A stretch of 64,000 nt of DNA from the human T2T-CHM13v2.0 reference genome, Homo sapiens: assembly GCF_009914755.1 (NCBI RefSeq), contig NC_060928.1; one strand, written 5' to 3'. Below the pieces are notes generated by a model. The model made no database searches. It saw only the letters and a program-made list of their open reading frames with translations, and had not been told where the DNA came from. Below are positions 53,606 through 64,000 of the stretch, in pieces. The number at the start of each line of letters is the position of its first letter. Positions within the stretch are counted from its first letter, which is position 1. The translations under genes were made by a program, and so were the position numbers.

Positions 53606-54172
53606 TGTATTAGTCAGTGTTCTCCAGAGGGACAGAACCAATAGGATATATGTATATATGAAAGGTAGTTTATTAAGGAGAATTGACTCACACAATCACA
53701 AGGTGAAGTCCCATGATAGGCCATCCGCGAAGTGAGAAGGTAGGAAGCCAGTAATGGCTCAGTTTAAGTCCAAAAGCCTCAAAAGTAGGGAAGCTGACAG
53801 TGTCAGTCTATTTCCAGAGGCCCGACGGCCCCCGGCAAACCACCAGTGTAAGTTCAAGAGTCCAAAGGCCAAAGAACCTGGAGTCCGATGTCCAAGGGCA
53901 GGAAGCATGCAGCACGGAAGGAAGATGAAAGCCAGAAGACTCAGCAATCAAGCTTCTTCTGCCATCTTCCACCTGCTTTGTTTCAGCCGTGCTGGCAGCC
54001 AATTGAATGGTGCTCACCCACACTGAGGGTAAGTCTTCCTCTCCCAGTCCACTGACTCAAATTTCAATCTCCTCTGTCAACACCATCACAGACACACCCA
54101 GAAATGATATTTTACCAGCTATCTAGGCATCCTTCAATCCAATCAAGTTGACACCTAATATTAACCATCACA
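53606..54172 (-). mobile_element. MLT2A (A2-like) HERVL solo LTR
   Basis: tgtattagtcagtgttctccagagggacagaac...caatccaatcaagttgacacctaatattaaccatcaca; TSD CAGTT/CAGTG. Confidence 0.93.
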
Positions 54173-54294
54173 CAGTGGTATAAACAATGCTATCTGACCT
54201 TGGGGAAGGAAACAGACCTCTGACTTTGGAGAAGAACACATAGAGTTTGTGTTGGTAAGAAAATGATGAAGGGTCTAATATTTCTAATGTCTAT

Positions 54295-54680
54295 TGGCAG
54301 TTCTTTCATTATAAGCAACAGAAATCAATTATGCATAATTTAGGAAAAAAAATTACCAGGAATACAAGGAGCAGCTCACCACGTTGAAGAGAAAACTGAA
54401 GAACCAGTTTTCAAAGAGCAAGACCCAAGGCAGTTTCTGAAAACCCAGGCAGTGAGTACTAGTGACTGGAGGCTACATGCACCAATAGTGATGAGCTCCA
54501 CGTGCTCTGCATCTTGGTGCTCCTCCCGCAAGGCTCAAATTCCAGGGAAAGAGCCTCTGATTGACCTTTCCTTGATCACATGACCACTGATCAACGTCTC
54601 ACTATCAGAATATCCAAAGTGCATTTGGACTGCTGTTACCAGAAGAAAGTGCCATGGATGTTGGGCAGTGTAACAACAGC
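54295..54680 (-). mobile_element. MLT1K/L-like ancient MaLR LTR
   Basis: aagcaacagaaatcaa...gcctctgattgacc...gatcacatgacca...ctgttaccagaagaa...tggatgttgggcag. Confidence 0.65.
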
Positions 54681-55709
54681 TGACTGTAACCTGTGGTCTC
54701 CTCTCAGCAACGCTGTGTAGTACTAGGACTTCCATTCAATGGGAGGGAAGAGCGAGTCTTGCAAGTTTAAGCAACCAGTCCAAGGGATTTGAATGGAGTA
54801 CTTGCCTGAGTTTGGAGCCCAAGAATATCACTGTTACAATTTTTTTTTTCTCTGGCAGCAAAGTCTAGGCTCTTTCCACTACAAAGCTTCTGAGCTGGGC
54901 TTTAAAAGGTGGGTGGGATTCCTAATGGCAGAAACATGAAGGGAAAGAAAGTGGGAAATGACCAAGTCATTTGCTATGCCGTGCATTTGGTATTTGCACC
55001 ATTCCCTTCAGCCAGAGATCCAGTATGCTTTGTAAATGTTAAACCAAGAAAAAAAGCATTCTAGGAGTTTCCTTTGAGACTCACAAACATTCTGCTAAAG
55101 GGAAAGCAATCCAAGGCAACATTTGTTTAAATTAAAAATAACAATAAAAAGAAAAACTTGACATCTATTCCTGGCCAAAGGTTGAGCATTAAATAACATT
55201 CAAATTTGGCTTTGATAAAAAATGTATGTTGCTTTGGATAGCTATATTTAAGCAATTTTTGCAAGCCTCAGAGGGAACTAAAAATTCCTTAATTGCTTCC
55301 TCATTTTTACATACTCCATTACATTGAACCTCAAACAGCATCTGTCACTAAATTACCAGCATTACAAAAACAGTGTGTATTCCATACATGGAAGAACCTC
55401 AAATACCTGAAAATAACTCCAAATATTTAAGGGACCTATTGAGCATTTTTTAACATTAATTTTAGTCTTTAAAATTTCTTGTTATGCCTAGTTATCTGGA
55501 ACATACCCTAAGGCCTTTGTTTTTTTTTCATTTATAATAAAAAAAAATTTCATTGAAATTCTCCCTAATCAGCCTATTTATGAGAAGAATAGTTATGCAT
55601 CTTCAAGAAAGCAAAGATAATTATGCATTTGACATTTTAAGATACTGAACCTTATATCAGAGATTTTAAGAACAAAGAGTGTGTGAAATGGAAATCAATA
55701 TTTTGGGAG

Positions 55710-56480
55710 CTTCTTCTATGTGCCAGATAGGTGACTAGGCCTTTTCCATTCCAACATCTCTGCGATCCAAACATCAGCATTTGGAGAGCTGTCATCTGCC
55801 CCAGTGATACTGCCCTTCAGAGGCCAGGTAGTTGGAGCTGAGAAGCAATTTACTTGAGGCCACATAATAATTAAGTGGGTGAACTGGACTTTAACACAAA
55901 CTAGATAAGGCACTAAAGCTCTTGCCCTTTACAAATAGAATATGTATTTTTTTTCAAGAGCCAATAGTCTTGAGTCTCCATCCCTTTCCCACTCCAAATA
56001 ATCTATAAGATGAAAACAAGACAAAAAATGAAGTTTTCTAAAAAGACTAGTGGTCAATGCTTTGTCTCTTGTTTTGAATTCTAGCCTTGCCTCAGTTGCT
56101 CAATGATCCAATAGCTATCACAGGATTGCCACATGCCACTATCTTCCGACACATGGCAAACCCTGAAACTCTGAAATGTCAATTCTAATTCTTTCTTATT
56201 CATTAACTCCAGACTGATCACCAAGTCTTGCCAATTCCATCTGCATGCTTCTTAAAACTGCCCAGGAAGCTCCAGGTCTACCCCTTTTGCCAGCATGTTC
56301 ATGATACGGCATCGTGATGTGCTGCTTCTCATTTTCCACTTCATTTTTCTATCTCTCCCACTAGGCTCCAAGCACTAAAAGGCAGGGCTGAGTCTCCTTT
56401 GTCTCTGGGTGCCCCATGCCTAGCACAGATCCTGACATAGCACCGGGGCTCAGCAAATGTTGGCTAAATAAAGGAACAAA
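55710..56480. mobile_element. MIR (- ~55710-55930) and L2 3' end (+ ~56170-56480)
   Basis: ctatgtgccag...aagcaatttacttgaggccaca; cccactaggctcc...ggcaggg...cctagcacag..cctgacatag...ctcagcaaatgttgg. Confidence 0.65.
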
Positions 56481-56967
56481 CATGTTATGTATGACAGTAG
56501 ATGCGTGAACCCTCTAAAAGAAATAATAGAGCAATACAAACAGAATAGTATTGGCTCTGGTCTTCAAAAGCCTTTTTTAAATTCATGTGCCTGTTTCTGG
56601 CTGTTCTCTTTGCTCCAATTAGACACATTCTTTTCTTGTCTCTTGAGTTCACCTTTCCCTGCTTCCCTGATATTTTGGCTTTCTCACTGTACCTAGAATA
56701 CATACAAACTATAATTGGACATATATCATATGCATGTACATTCACTGCCTGGATCCAGCATTCCTATCTAAGCAATTCTACCCAATGAGCACTAAAGGAA
56801 AGGCAAAATACACTTACTATTAGTTTTCTTTAGAATGCCCTTTTTTGCTTTGTGTGGTCAATGCTGGTCTCTCAAAGGATAGTTTCTAGTCACCTTTACT
56901 ACAAAGGCCTTTCTGATCTGCCCCCATCTTGTCTGGTGTCTTCTATTAGGACATCTCATTCCGATGG

Positions 56968-57440
56968 TGTATCATTCTGGGTTCAGTCAGAAAATGGAAG
57001 CCGTGCCAGAGAGTACACTAGAGGTAATTTAATATGGGAACTAGTTACAGCACTGGGAGGGCTAAAAGAGCAAACAGGAGATGGTGAGACCACCCAGAGG
57101 TTAGCAACAGCAGAAAGCCACTATCCCTTCTGTGGAAAGAGCATCAAATGGTGGTGGCATGACCAGAGCTCAGGACCTACAGCTATTCTGAAGTGAGGGG
57201 CTGCCCAGCAGGAGTTGGAACAACAGGGGAAGCTGTGACTATGGCCAGAGATGCTTCTTGAAGCAAAAAGAGGCAGGCAGAAAGACCTTGGCATTGTCCC
57301 TTTCCCTGTTGTTCAGCTTCCTGAAAGGGCCTCCCATTGGCCAATTGATAAAGGTTGCCTGGCCTTGCAGGTTGCAAAGGTCACTCTCTGTGGTGCGAAG
57401 TCAATTAGGGGAAGAGTGTCGAGTAGATCTGAATCCAGAC
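56968..57440 (-). mobile_element. Ancient LTR (LTR41/LTR78-like)
   Basis: tgtatcattctgggttcagtcagaaaatggaagcc...aatttaatatgggaactagtta...gagaccacccagaggttagcaacagcag...cctcccattggccaa. Confidence 0.5.
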
Positions 57441-58883
57441 AGCAGAAAATATCATACTCTTTGGGTCTCTTCCCTGCTTTTCTGGTCTATACACTTATTT
57501 AAATAATGTATATCATGTCTATTTAATTAGGCCATTATTTAATTGAGTTTAAGCCCCAAGGCAATGGGAAAAATATTATGGGCTCATTCACTACCCTCCC
57601 AATCTGGTCATTCAAACTTCCTGAGCCACAGTTTCTTCACCTCTAGGAGGGAATTGTAATACTTACATCCGAAAATAGAAATTCAATAAGATAATTGATA
57701 CAAAACATCTAGGAAATTACTTGGAATGCAGAAAGTCTTTTGATAAATGGAAATTTTGTTTCTTTCATTGTCCTAACACCTGGGAAAGGGTAAATTTCCA
57801 GGAGAGCTGGTTGTGTTCTGTCACTTCACAGTCTCTCCCCATACCTTTGTCTCTCTCTCTCCCTCTCCTCTCCCCTCCATACACAGTAGATACACACATA
57901 TATCACGATTTAGAACTTCATTCACTGAATTCAAAATCGGCATCTTCATCATTATGTATCCCTCTTTCCTTCTTCTCTCACCTAGTAAGCTCTCTCCTTC
58001 CCATCTCTTCACCTCTTTACTTTTTCTTGTTTGCTTGCTTTCTTCCTCCTAAGACAGCATCCCTTTAAACTTCAAAGCACTTATGACATGAGGAAAAATA
58101 TTTGCCCATAGAAGTTGGTCTAGAAGGAATTTCAGCAGGAGTTGAGATGAAGAATTCAGTAAACAGAGCATGGGGCCAATAATAGACCGAACTTGTAGCA
58201 TTGTGCTTGCTGAAGAACCCTGGAGTAACTCCCTAGATGTTAGAAAATCAGGAAGATGGATCCCTGAAAATCCATGTTTTCAAATTCAGTCACTCAGGTG
58301 CTCCTAACATGCTTGATATCTACAATACATATCAGTGATCTGTTCATTAGTAAACTTTCAGACCTTTTCCATGCAATACGTTCTTTCTTTCTCCTTCTCC
58401 TTCTTTTCCTTCTTTCTCATTTTTTAGGAAAAAGTGGCCTCAGAAATGCCTATAATTTCTTACCTCCTCCTGCCAAAAAGTGTTTCAGTTCCTACCACTA
58501 AATTTACTACTAAAATCCTGGCTTCTCTCTTTTTCTTTATCAGATGCAAATTAGTTTTAAAAATCTATGAAGGACCTATTATGTACAAGGTTGCATGATA
58601 AGTACTTTGGGGGTGATTTTTCTTTGAGTACTTCAGGTTATTTGGTTATTAGCTTGACACCGTGGAAATACATCTGAAGAAAAAAAAATTCTCCTTCTCT
58701 AGTGCTTATGTTCTTAGAGGAATTAGAAAAAGACAGTCACAAAGGAAACTTTTCTAGCACAGAGAACTATAAAATACGAGTCTTTGTTTCTAAAATCACC
58801 TGTACTCATTGTTTCTATCCCCTAAACCACAATATGGTTACTTTAAAGCCATTTCCTAATTACAAATGTTCCAGCTATACTCT

Positions 58884-59760
58884 ACTTAAACAAATTTACA
58901 AGAAAAAAGCAAACGACCCCATAAAAAGGTGGTCAAAGGACATAAAGAGACACTTTTCAAAAGAAGACATACATGCAGCCAACAATTACATGAAAAAAAG
59001 CTCAACCTCACTGATCATAAGAGAAATGCAAATCGAAACCACAAGATACCATCTAATACCAGTCAGCATTACTATTATTAAAAAAAATAAAAAAATAACA
59101 GATGCTGGTTAGGTTGTGGAGAAAAAGGAAGGCTTATCCACTGTTAGAAGGAATGTAAATTAGTTCAGCCATTGTGGAAGACAGTGTGGCAATTCCTCAA
59201 ACACCTAAAGACAGAAATAACATTTATCTCAGTAATCCCATCACTAGGTATATACCCAAAGGAATATAAATCATTCTCTTATGAAGACACATGCAAACAA
59301 ATGTTTATTGCAGCACTAATCACAATAGCAAAGACATGGAATCATCCTAAATGCTCATCAATGATAGACTGGATAAAGAAAATGTGGAACATATACACCA
59401 TGGAGTACTATGCAGCCATAGAAAAGAACGAGGACATTTCTTTGGAGGGACATGGATGGAGCTGGAGGCCATTATCCTCAACAAACTCATGCAAGAACAG
59501 AAAACCAAATATCGCATGTTCTCACTTATAAGGAGAAGCTAAATGATGAGAACACATGGACACATAAAGGGGAACAACATGCACTGGGGCCTTTCAGAAG
59601 ATGGAGTGTGAGAGGAAGGAGAAGATCAGGAAAAATGATGAATAGATACTAAGCTAATTACCTGGGTGATGAAATAATCTGTACAACAAATGCCCACCAC
59701 ACACGTTTACCTATGTGACAAACCTGCACTTGTACATCTAAACTTAAAAGTTAAACAAAG
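58884..59760 (+). mobile_element. L1PA13-like 5'-truncated element
   Basis: ORF2 C-terminal peptides (KQIYKKK...HFSKEDI, MFIAALITIAKTW); 3' end acctgggtgatgaaataatctgtacaacaaa...aacttaaaagtt. Confidence 0.9.
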
Positions 59761-59795
59761 AAACAAGAGAGAGAGAAAGAGAATTTCTAGGGAGC

Positions 59796-60182
59796 TGATA
59801 CAGTTTGGATATTTGTCCCCACCTAAATCTCATGTTGAATTATAATTCCCAGTGCTGGACGTAGGTCCTGGTAGGAGGTTGTTTGGATCATGGGGGCAGA
59901 CCCTCATGGCTTGGTGCTCTCTTCCTGATAGTGAGTTCCCATGAGATCTGGTCATTTAAAACTGTGTGTGTGTCCCCTCACCCACCAGCCTTCTCTCTCT
60001 TGCTCCTGTCCCCGCTTTGCCTTCCACCGTGACTGTAAGTTTCCTGAGGTCTCCTCAAAAGCAGATGCTGGCGTTATGTTTCCTGTACAGCCTGCAGAAC
60101 TGTGAGCCAACCAAGCCTTTTATTTTATATATTACCCAGTGCCAGGTATTTTCTTACAGCAATGCAGAAATGGCCTAATACA
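59796..60182 (+). mobile_element. MSTA/B solo LTR
   Basis: tgatacagtttggatatttgtcccc...cctgtacagcctgcagaactgtgagccaa...ggcctaataca; TSD GGAGC/GGAGA. Confidence 0.92.
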
Positions 60183-60453
60183 GGAGACCACATACGATAT
60201 TTGAGACAGTGCCAAGCTCTTGGGAAAGAGAACAAAACAGAGCTCCTCCGGACAATATATTATGATAAATTTCACAAGAGATGTCAGGACCCAAGCACAC
60301 CAAGGAATGAGAGACTAATGCTTTTTCCTCAGATGTCCATATTTGTCCTAAAGGTGAGTAGGAGTTTACCAGCTAGAAGAGGGGCTGAGGCTATTCAGGG
60401 CAGGGAAAGGGCAAGTGAAAAGTCACATCACTCCAGCTCACAAATACTGCCTT

Positions 60454-60889
60454 TGTGGGGTAGATTTTATTGTTCTTCCTAACAATATAATATTCTTCTT
60501 GTTGTCCTAACAATCGAAGTTTCTGTCCATTCTTGTGGGTGAATTAGGCATCGCCACCTGAAACCATGATACAGTGTCTCCTGTGGAAGAGTAGATTTCC
60601 CCAACCCCATTGATGTTGGCTTCGGCCATGTCACTTGCAAATTGACTTGATACTTATTATGTTTAAGAATATTTAAAAACCACTGCATATATTTCTACAG
60701 ACTCTCTTTTACACTTTTTTTCCCCACAAAAAAAAGCAGGTCCCTGATAAGAATTGTTTCTTCATCCTGGTTTCTGAATGGCAGCTAACCCACAGATGCC
60801 AACAAAGATGCCATAGGAAATAAATGATTGTCCTATGACATTTGAGATGTGGCAGGGGGCTTGTAAATGCAACAAAACTACATCATACA
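60454..60889 (+). mobile_element. MLT1J-like MaLR LTR
   Basis: gagtagatttccccaaccccattgatgttggcttcggccatgtcacttgc...gaaataaatg...gagatgtgg...gcttgtaaatgcaacaaaacta. Confidence 0.65.
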
Positions 60890-61219
60890 AATCCTCCTTT
60901 CTCTCTGTCTCACAAAAAATACTTTATACTTTCCCAAATTCTATACCACATTATGCATTAAGCATAATATGAAGAGCTATCACTTCTATAGTTAATTTTA
61001 AAAATTAAAAAATTTAAGGTTTAGTCAATGCCTCTGTAAAAATGAGTCTGATTTTTCCAGTTTCTACAAAAAGAAAAGTGGCTCAACAACTCTTCCTAAA
61101 AGAGCAGACAGTCTACTAGGAACTAAGGGGACACAGAAATTAATGAGGACTGATTTCATTTCCTTTTTCTTCCATCTGTTCCAAGACAGTTACATTGTTT
61201 TGTTACTATCAAAAGATAG

Positions 61220-61560
61220 CAAGTAGAGGCCACATAGCTTGGGGAAAAAAAACATTGAAAAATAACTGAATTCTAGGTTTAGTCAGCTCTGAAATGAAAA
61301 ATAAGACCTATTCTTACTCAGGTTTAAGTATCTCTGTTTTACAATTAAAGAGTTGAAGAGCAAATCTCCAAGGTCCTTTCCTTTTATAAAATTATTTCAT
61401 TTCAGTTTGCCTAAACATATAAAAACATAGTGAACCCTAAGCTCCAAAGGATCCTTTCATGTCTGGTTTATTGTAGCTTTCCAATGTCTGGCCCAGTACC
61501 AGGCATGGAATAGGTGTTCAATAGAGGTTTGCTGAGTGACTGAGTGACTGAGTGAGCATA
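61220..61560 (+). mobile_element. MIR/MIR3 relic and L2 3' end
   Basis: ctgaattctagg...tctccaaggtcctttcc; taagctcc...cccagtaccaggcatggaataggtgttcaatagaggtttgctgagtgactga. Confidence 0.6.
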
Positions 61561-62679
61561 TGCAGGAAACAAATATTGAACACCATTGTGCTTCAGGCTA
61601 AAAATCTTAGTGTTAGCCACTAAGATCCCCCAAGTGGAAAAGATACAATTTCAGTTACTTTCAATAAAATACAGTGAGTACAGCAACAGAGAAAGGCATG
61701 GGGTGATATAAAAACCTACACATATAAGAACTCAAATTGGCCCTTTGACCCAACCTCGTGTTGGAAAAGGCTTTTCACTTCTCAAAATATTTGCACATCT
61801 ATTAGAAGTATTTTCAGAGTCATATTTGAGGAGTAGCTATTTAGGGATTACAAAATATCAGTCAGGTGAGATGTGTCCCCTTAAACACCATATAAAAATG
61901 GTTCAAGAAACTTAAGAGGGGCAGGAGGATAATAAAACCCAGGCTTCCATAAATTGGAAATAATGGAGAAAACAGAGCTCTTCAAACAACTGCTCTAGAG
62001 ACATCCCAAGAGATAGAAATTTAAGACAAGATTTTTTTAAAAGTCTGAGTGTGAGGCTCAATCACTATTACTAAATAAGGAGTTAATATTACTTTTATAT
62101 ATAGAACATATAGTTCTTTTAAAGGGGGCCATGGATGGGGCTCATTTTAGTCTGAGACCAGTTGAGAAATTTTGGATGGCTGAGATGAACACCTATTAGT
62201 CAGTGGTCTCCAGTACTATTATTTGACCATTTTTCTATTTAGAACTCATTCAAGCTTATATGGCATATTACATTTAATTAATTGAGTGTTTATGCATTAA
62301 GGAGTTATTTGCTTGTGACTATAGTGAAATTTCCAGGATTTACGACAGGAACGTTTCAGAACAGCGACATGTGTTTCCCTCCGATTTGTATAGCTTCATT
62401 CATTATAATTTTTCCTGATGTTTTGCCTACCATATTATTAACTTCCCCAAAGCAATGAAATACCAGCTTGTCTTCTCACGGCAGAGAAATGAGAGGAATA
62501 ATTATGAATGTGGAAATCCCAGTGAAAACATGCTTCTATTGAAAGAGGCTAGTAGTCCAAGAAGGAGCTCCCCTAGATTTATGGAGACCACTAAAAGAAA
62601 AAAAACACACACACACAAGAAAACAGATGCATTTTTTTCATCCAGTATGCTGGATGTCCCATATGCAGGGGAAAGAGAT

Positions 62680-62736
62680 TATATATAAATATATTATATA
62701 TGTATATGTATATGCATATATGCGTGTGTGTATGTG
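62680..62736. repeat. Degenerate (TA)n/(TG)n simple repeat
   Basis: Directly visible. Confidence 0.85.
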
Positions 62737-64000
62737 TCATGCTGGGAAAGAATTTATATTTTACTACAAGTTATAAAGTCTAAATAAATCATCAAGGTTA
62801 CAAGTGTGTGCCACGCATAAATATTTAATCACTGCAAAGTGTTCTTTTCAAAATGTAAGGGTTTGTAAGCACAGTGTTTGATTTGTAACTGACTCCAGGG
62901 GCAATGTTGAGATGTGTTCCTCACAACTCTTGGCTACTTAAGATCTTACAATCATGAGGAGGAGGAGAGTGTTAGGCAGATTTCAATGCCTGTCAATGAA
63001 AAGACATAGAATAGTCTGGGAAATCAATTCCAGTCAGGGCTGTAGATCAGCAGTTATTTTACAAAGAGCGAGGGCTGACAGGACCACCACAGTCATTCGT
63101 GTTTATTGTTCAAACAGGTGTTTGGGGGCCATCCAGGCTCAATGCAGATCATGTGAAGAAACCAGCAAGGGGCAAGTTTAGGGAGAAAGGAAGAGGACAG
63201 TAAGGGGCCAGGCAGCAGGAGAGGGCAGGGTGTAAGGACAGGCTTGGAGGCAGCCTTCCCCCAGTTTGAGATGGTGTTTGTCTTATGACATCCTGCAGCC
63301 TCCATTGTTATTTCTCACAACATCACGACTGGTGTAGGCACTCTGTCCATCAGGGTGGCCTCTTCTCACAGGAAAAAAAGAAGCCCTTGATTTACATTCT
63401 GCCTTTAGAAATGTTCCCTGCCTTTCTGCTTCATGTTGCCATGTTTTCCTTGCCTACCCTGATGTTCCACATTCGTTTACACAACCTCTCAACTGGCCAC
63501 CAGTTCCAAATGTGTGTTCATTAAGAAGAAGGTTAGATTGAAAAGTAACTCCCAGCCTCAATTCCTACTTCCAAAATCTGTGCCTGAAAGCGGCCCCACA
63601 GTTTAAAGTTATTTCTATCTGTGGATATGTGGGGAAGAGAGTGAAATTTACAAAGTAAAAGTAACCAGCCCAGGACAGGTCATTTGGGTGATGAGGTAGG
63701 GATAACTATATTTTCTTAATGGTCAACTTTTTTTTAATTTTCTTAAAGACAAAAGGTTTATTTAGGAAAAAGACCCTAATCACCCATCTGGGACGGGGAG
63801 ACCCTGTACAGCAAAGAAGTTTCCAAATCCGCAAACCTCAGAGAAGCGGGTAATTGCTATTCATGAGACAGGTAATGGAATGGTACTAGGCTCCTGAATG
63901 GCAGGAACAGAGAGGGATCCAAAGAGACCAGTGGGCACATGGGAAAAGGTCCTGGGGAAAGGTTGAGAGAAAATCCCACTTACGCTGTGGCTAAATAAGA

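Noticed and set aside
58702-59652. 136-aa and 119-aa ORFs
   Set aside because: Broken L1 ORF2 C-terminus of a 5'-truncated L1PA element
60468-60515. Short near-tandem duplication (ttgtt..tcctaacaat twice)
   Set aside because: Ordinary slippage-scale duplication within a decayed MLT1J-like LTR

Overview
This is primate (catarrhine, most likely human or ape) non-coding DNA, judged by AluY/AluS/AluJ, THE1/MST/MLT LTRs and L1PA/L1M elements. I find no credible protein-coding exon, tRNA, rRNA or CRISPR array. Every ORF with recognisable similarity is a decayed transposon frame: L1 ORF2 pieces, Alu read-throughs or the MaLR internal ORF. Much of the window is annotatable as repeats: 11 Alu-family elements, about 9 L1 pieces, about 20 LTR elements including one two-LTR MST provirus, two nested Tigger-family DNA transposons, many MIR/L2 relics and one L3/CR1 relic. 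I did not find a novel gene system. The most unusual signals are fossil DNA-repair and insertion events. (i) About 50 bp of L1 ORF2 (7348-7398) appears replaced by a copy of flanking DNA 1.5 kb away (8877-8927). (ii) A patchwork templated insertion with direct, inverted and distal copies lies inside the MST internal region (15241-15353). (iii) One L1 target site was used twice, leaving three copies (43871-45113). (iv) An L1MA9-like element lacks ORF1, has a THE1 LTR in its first bases and carries a ~70-bp L1PA tail. A few repeat-free CpG/motif-rich patches are weak regulatory candidates. Subfamily names come from remembered consensus features, not an alignment run, and boundaries without a stated TSD are approximate.
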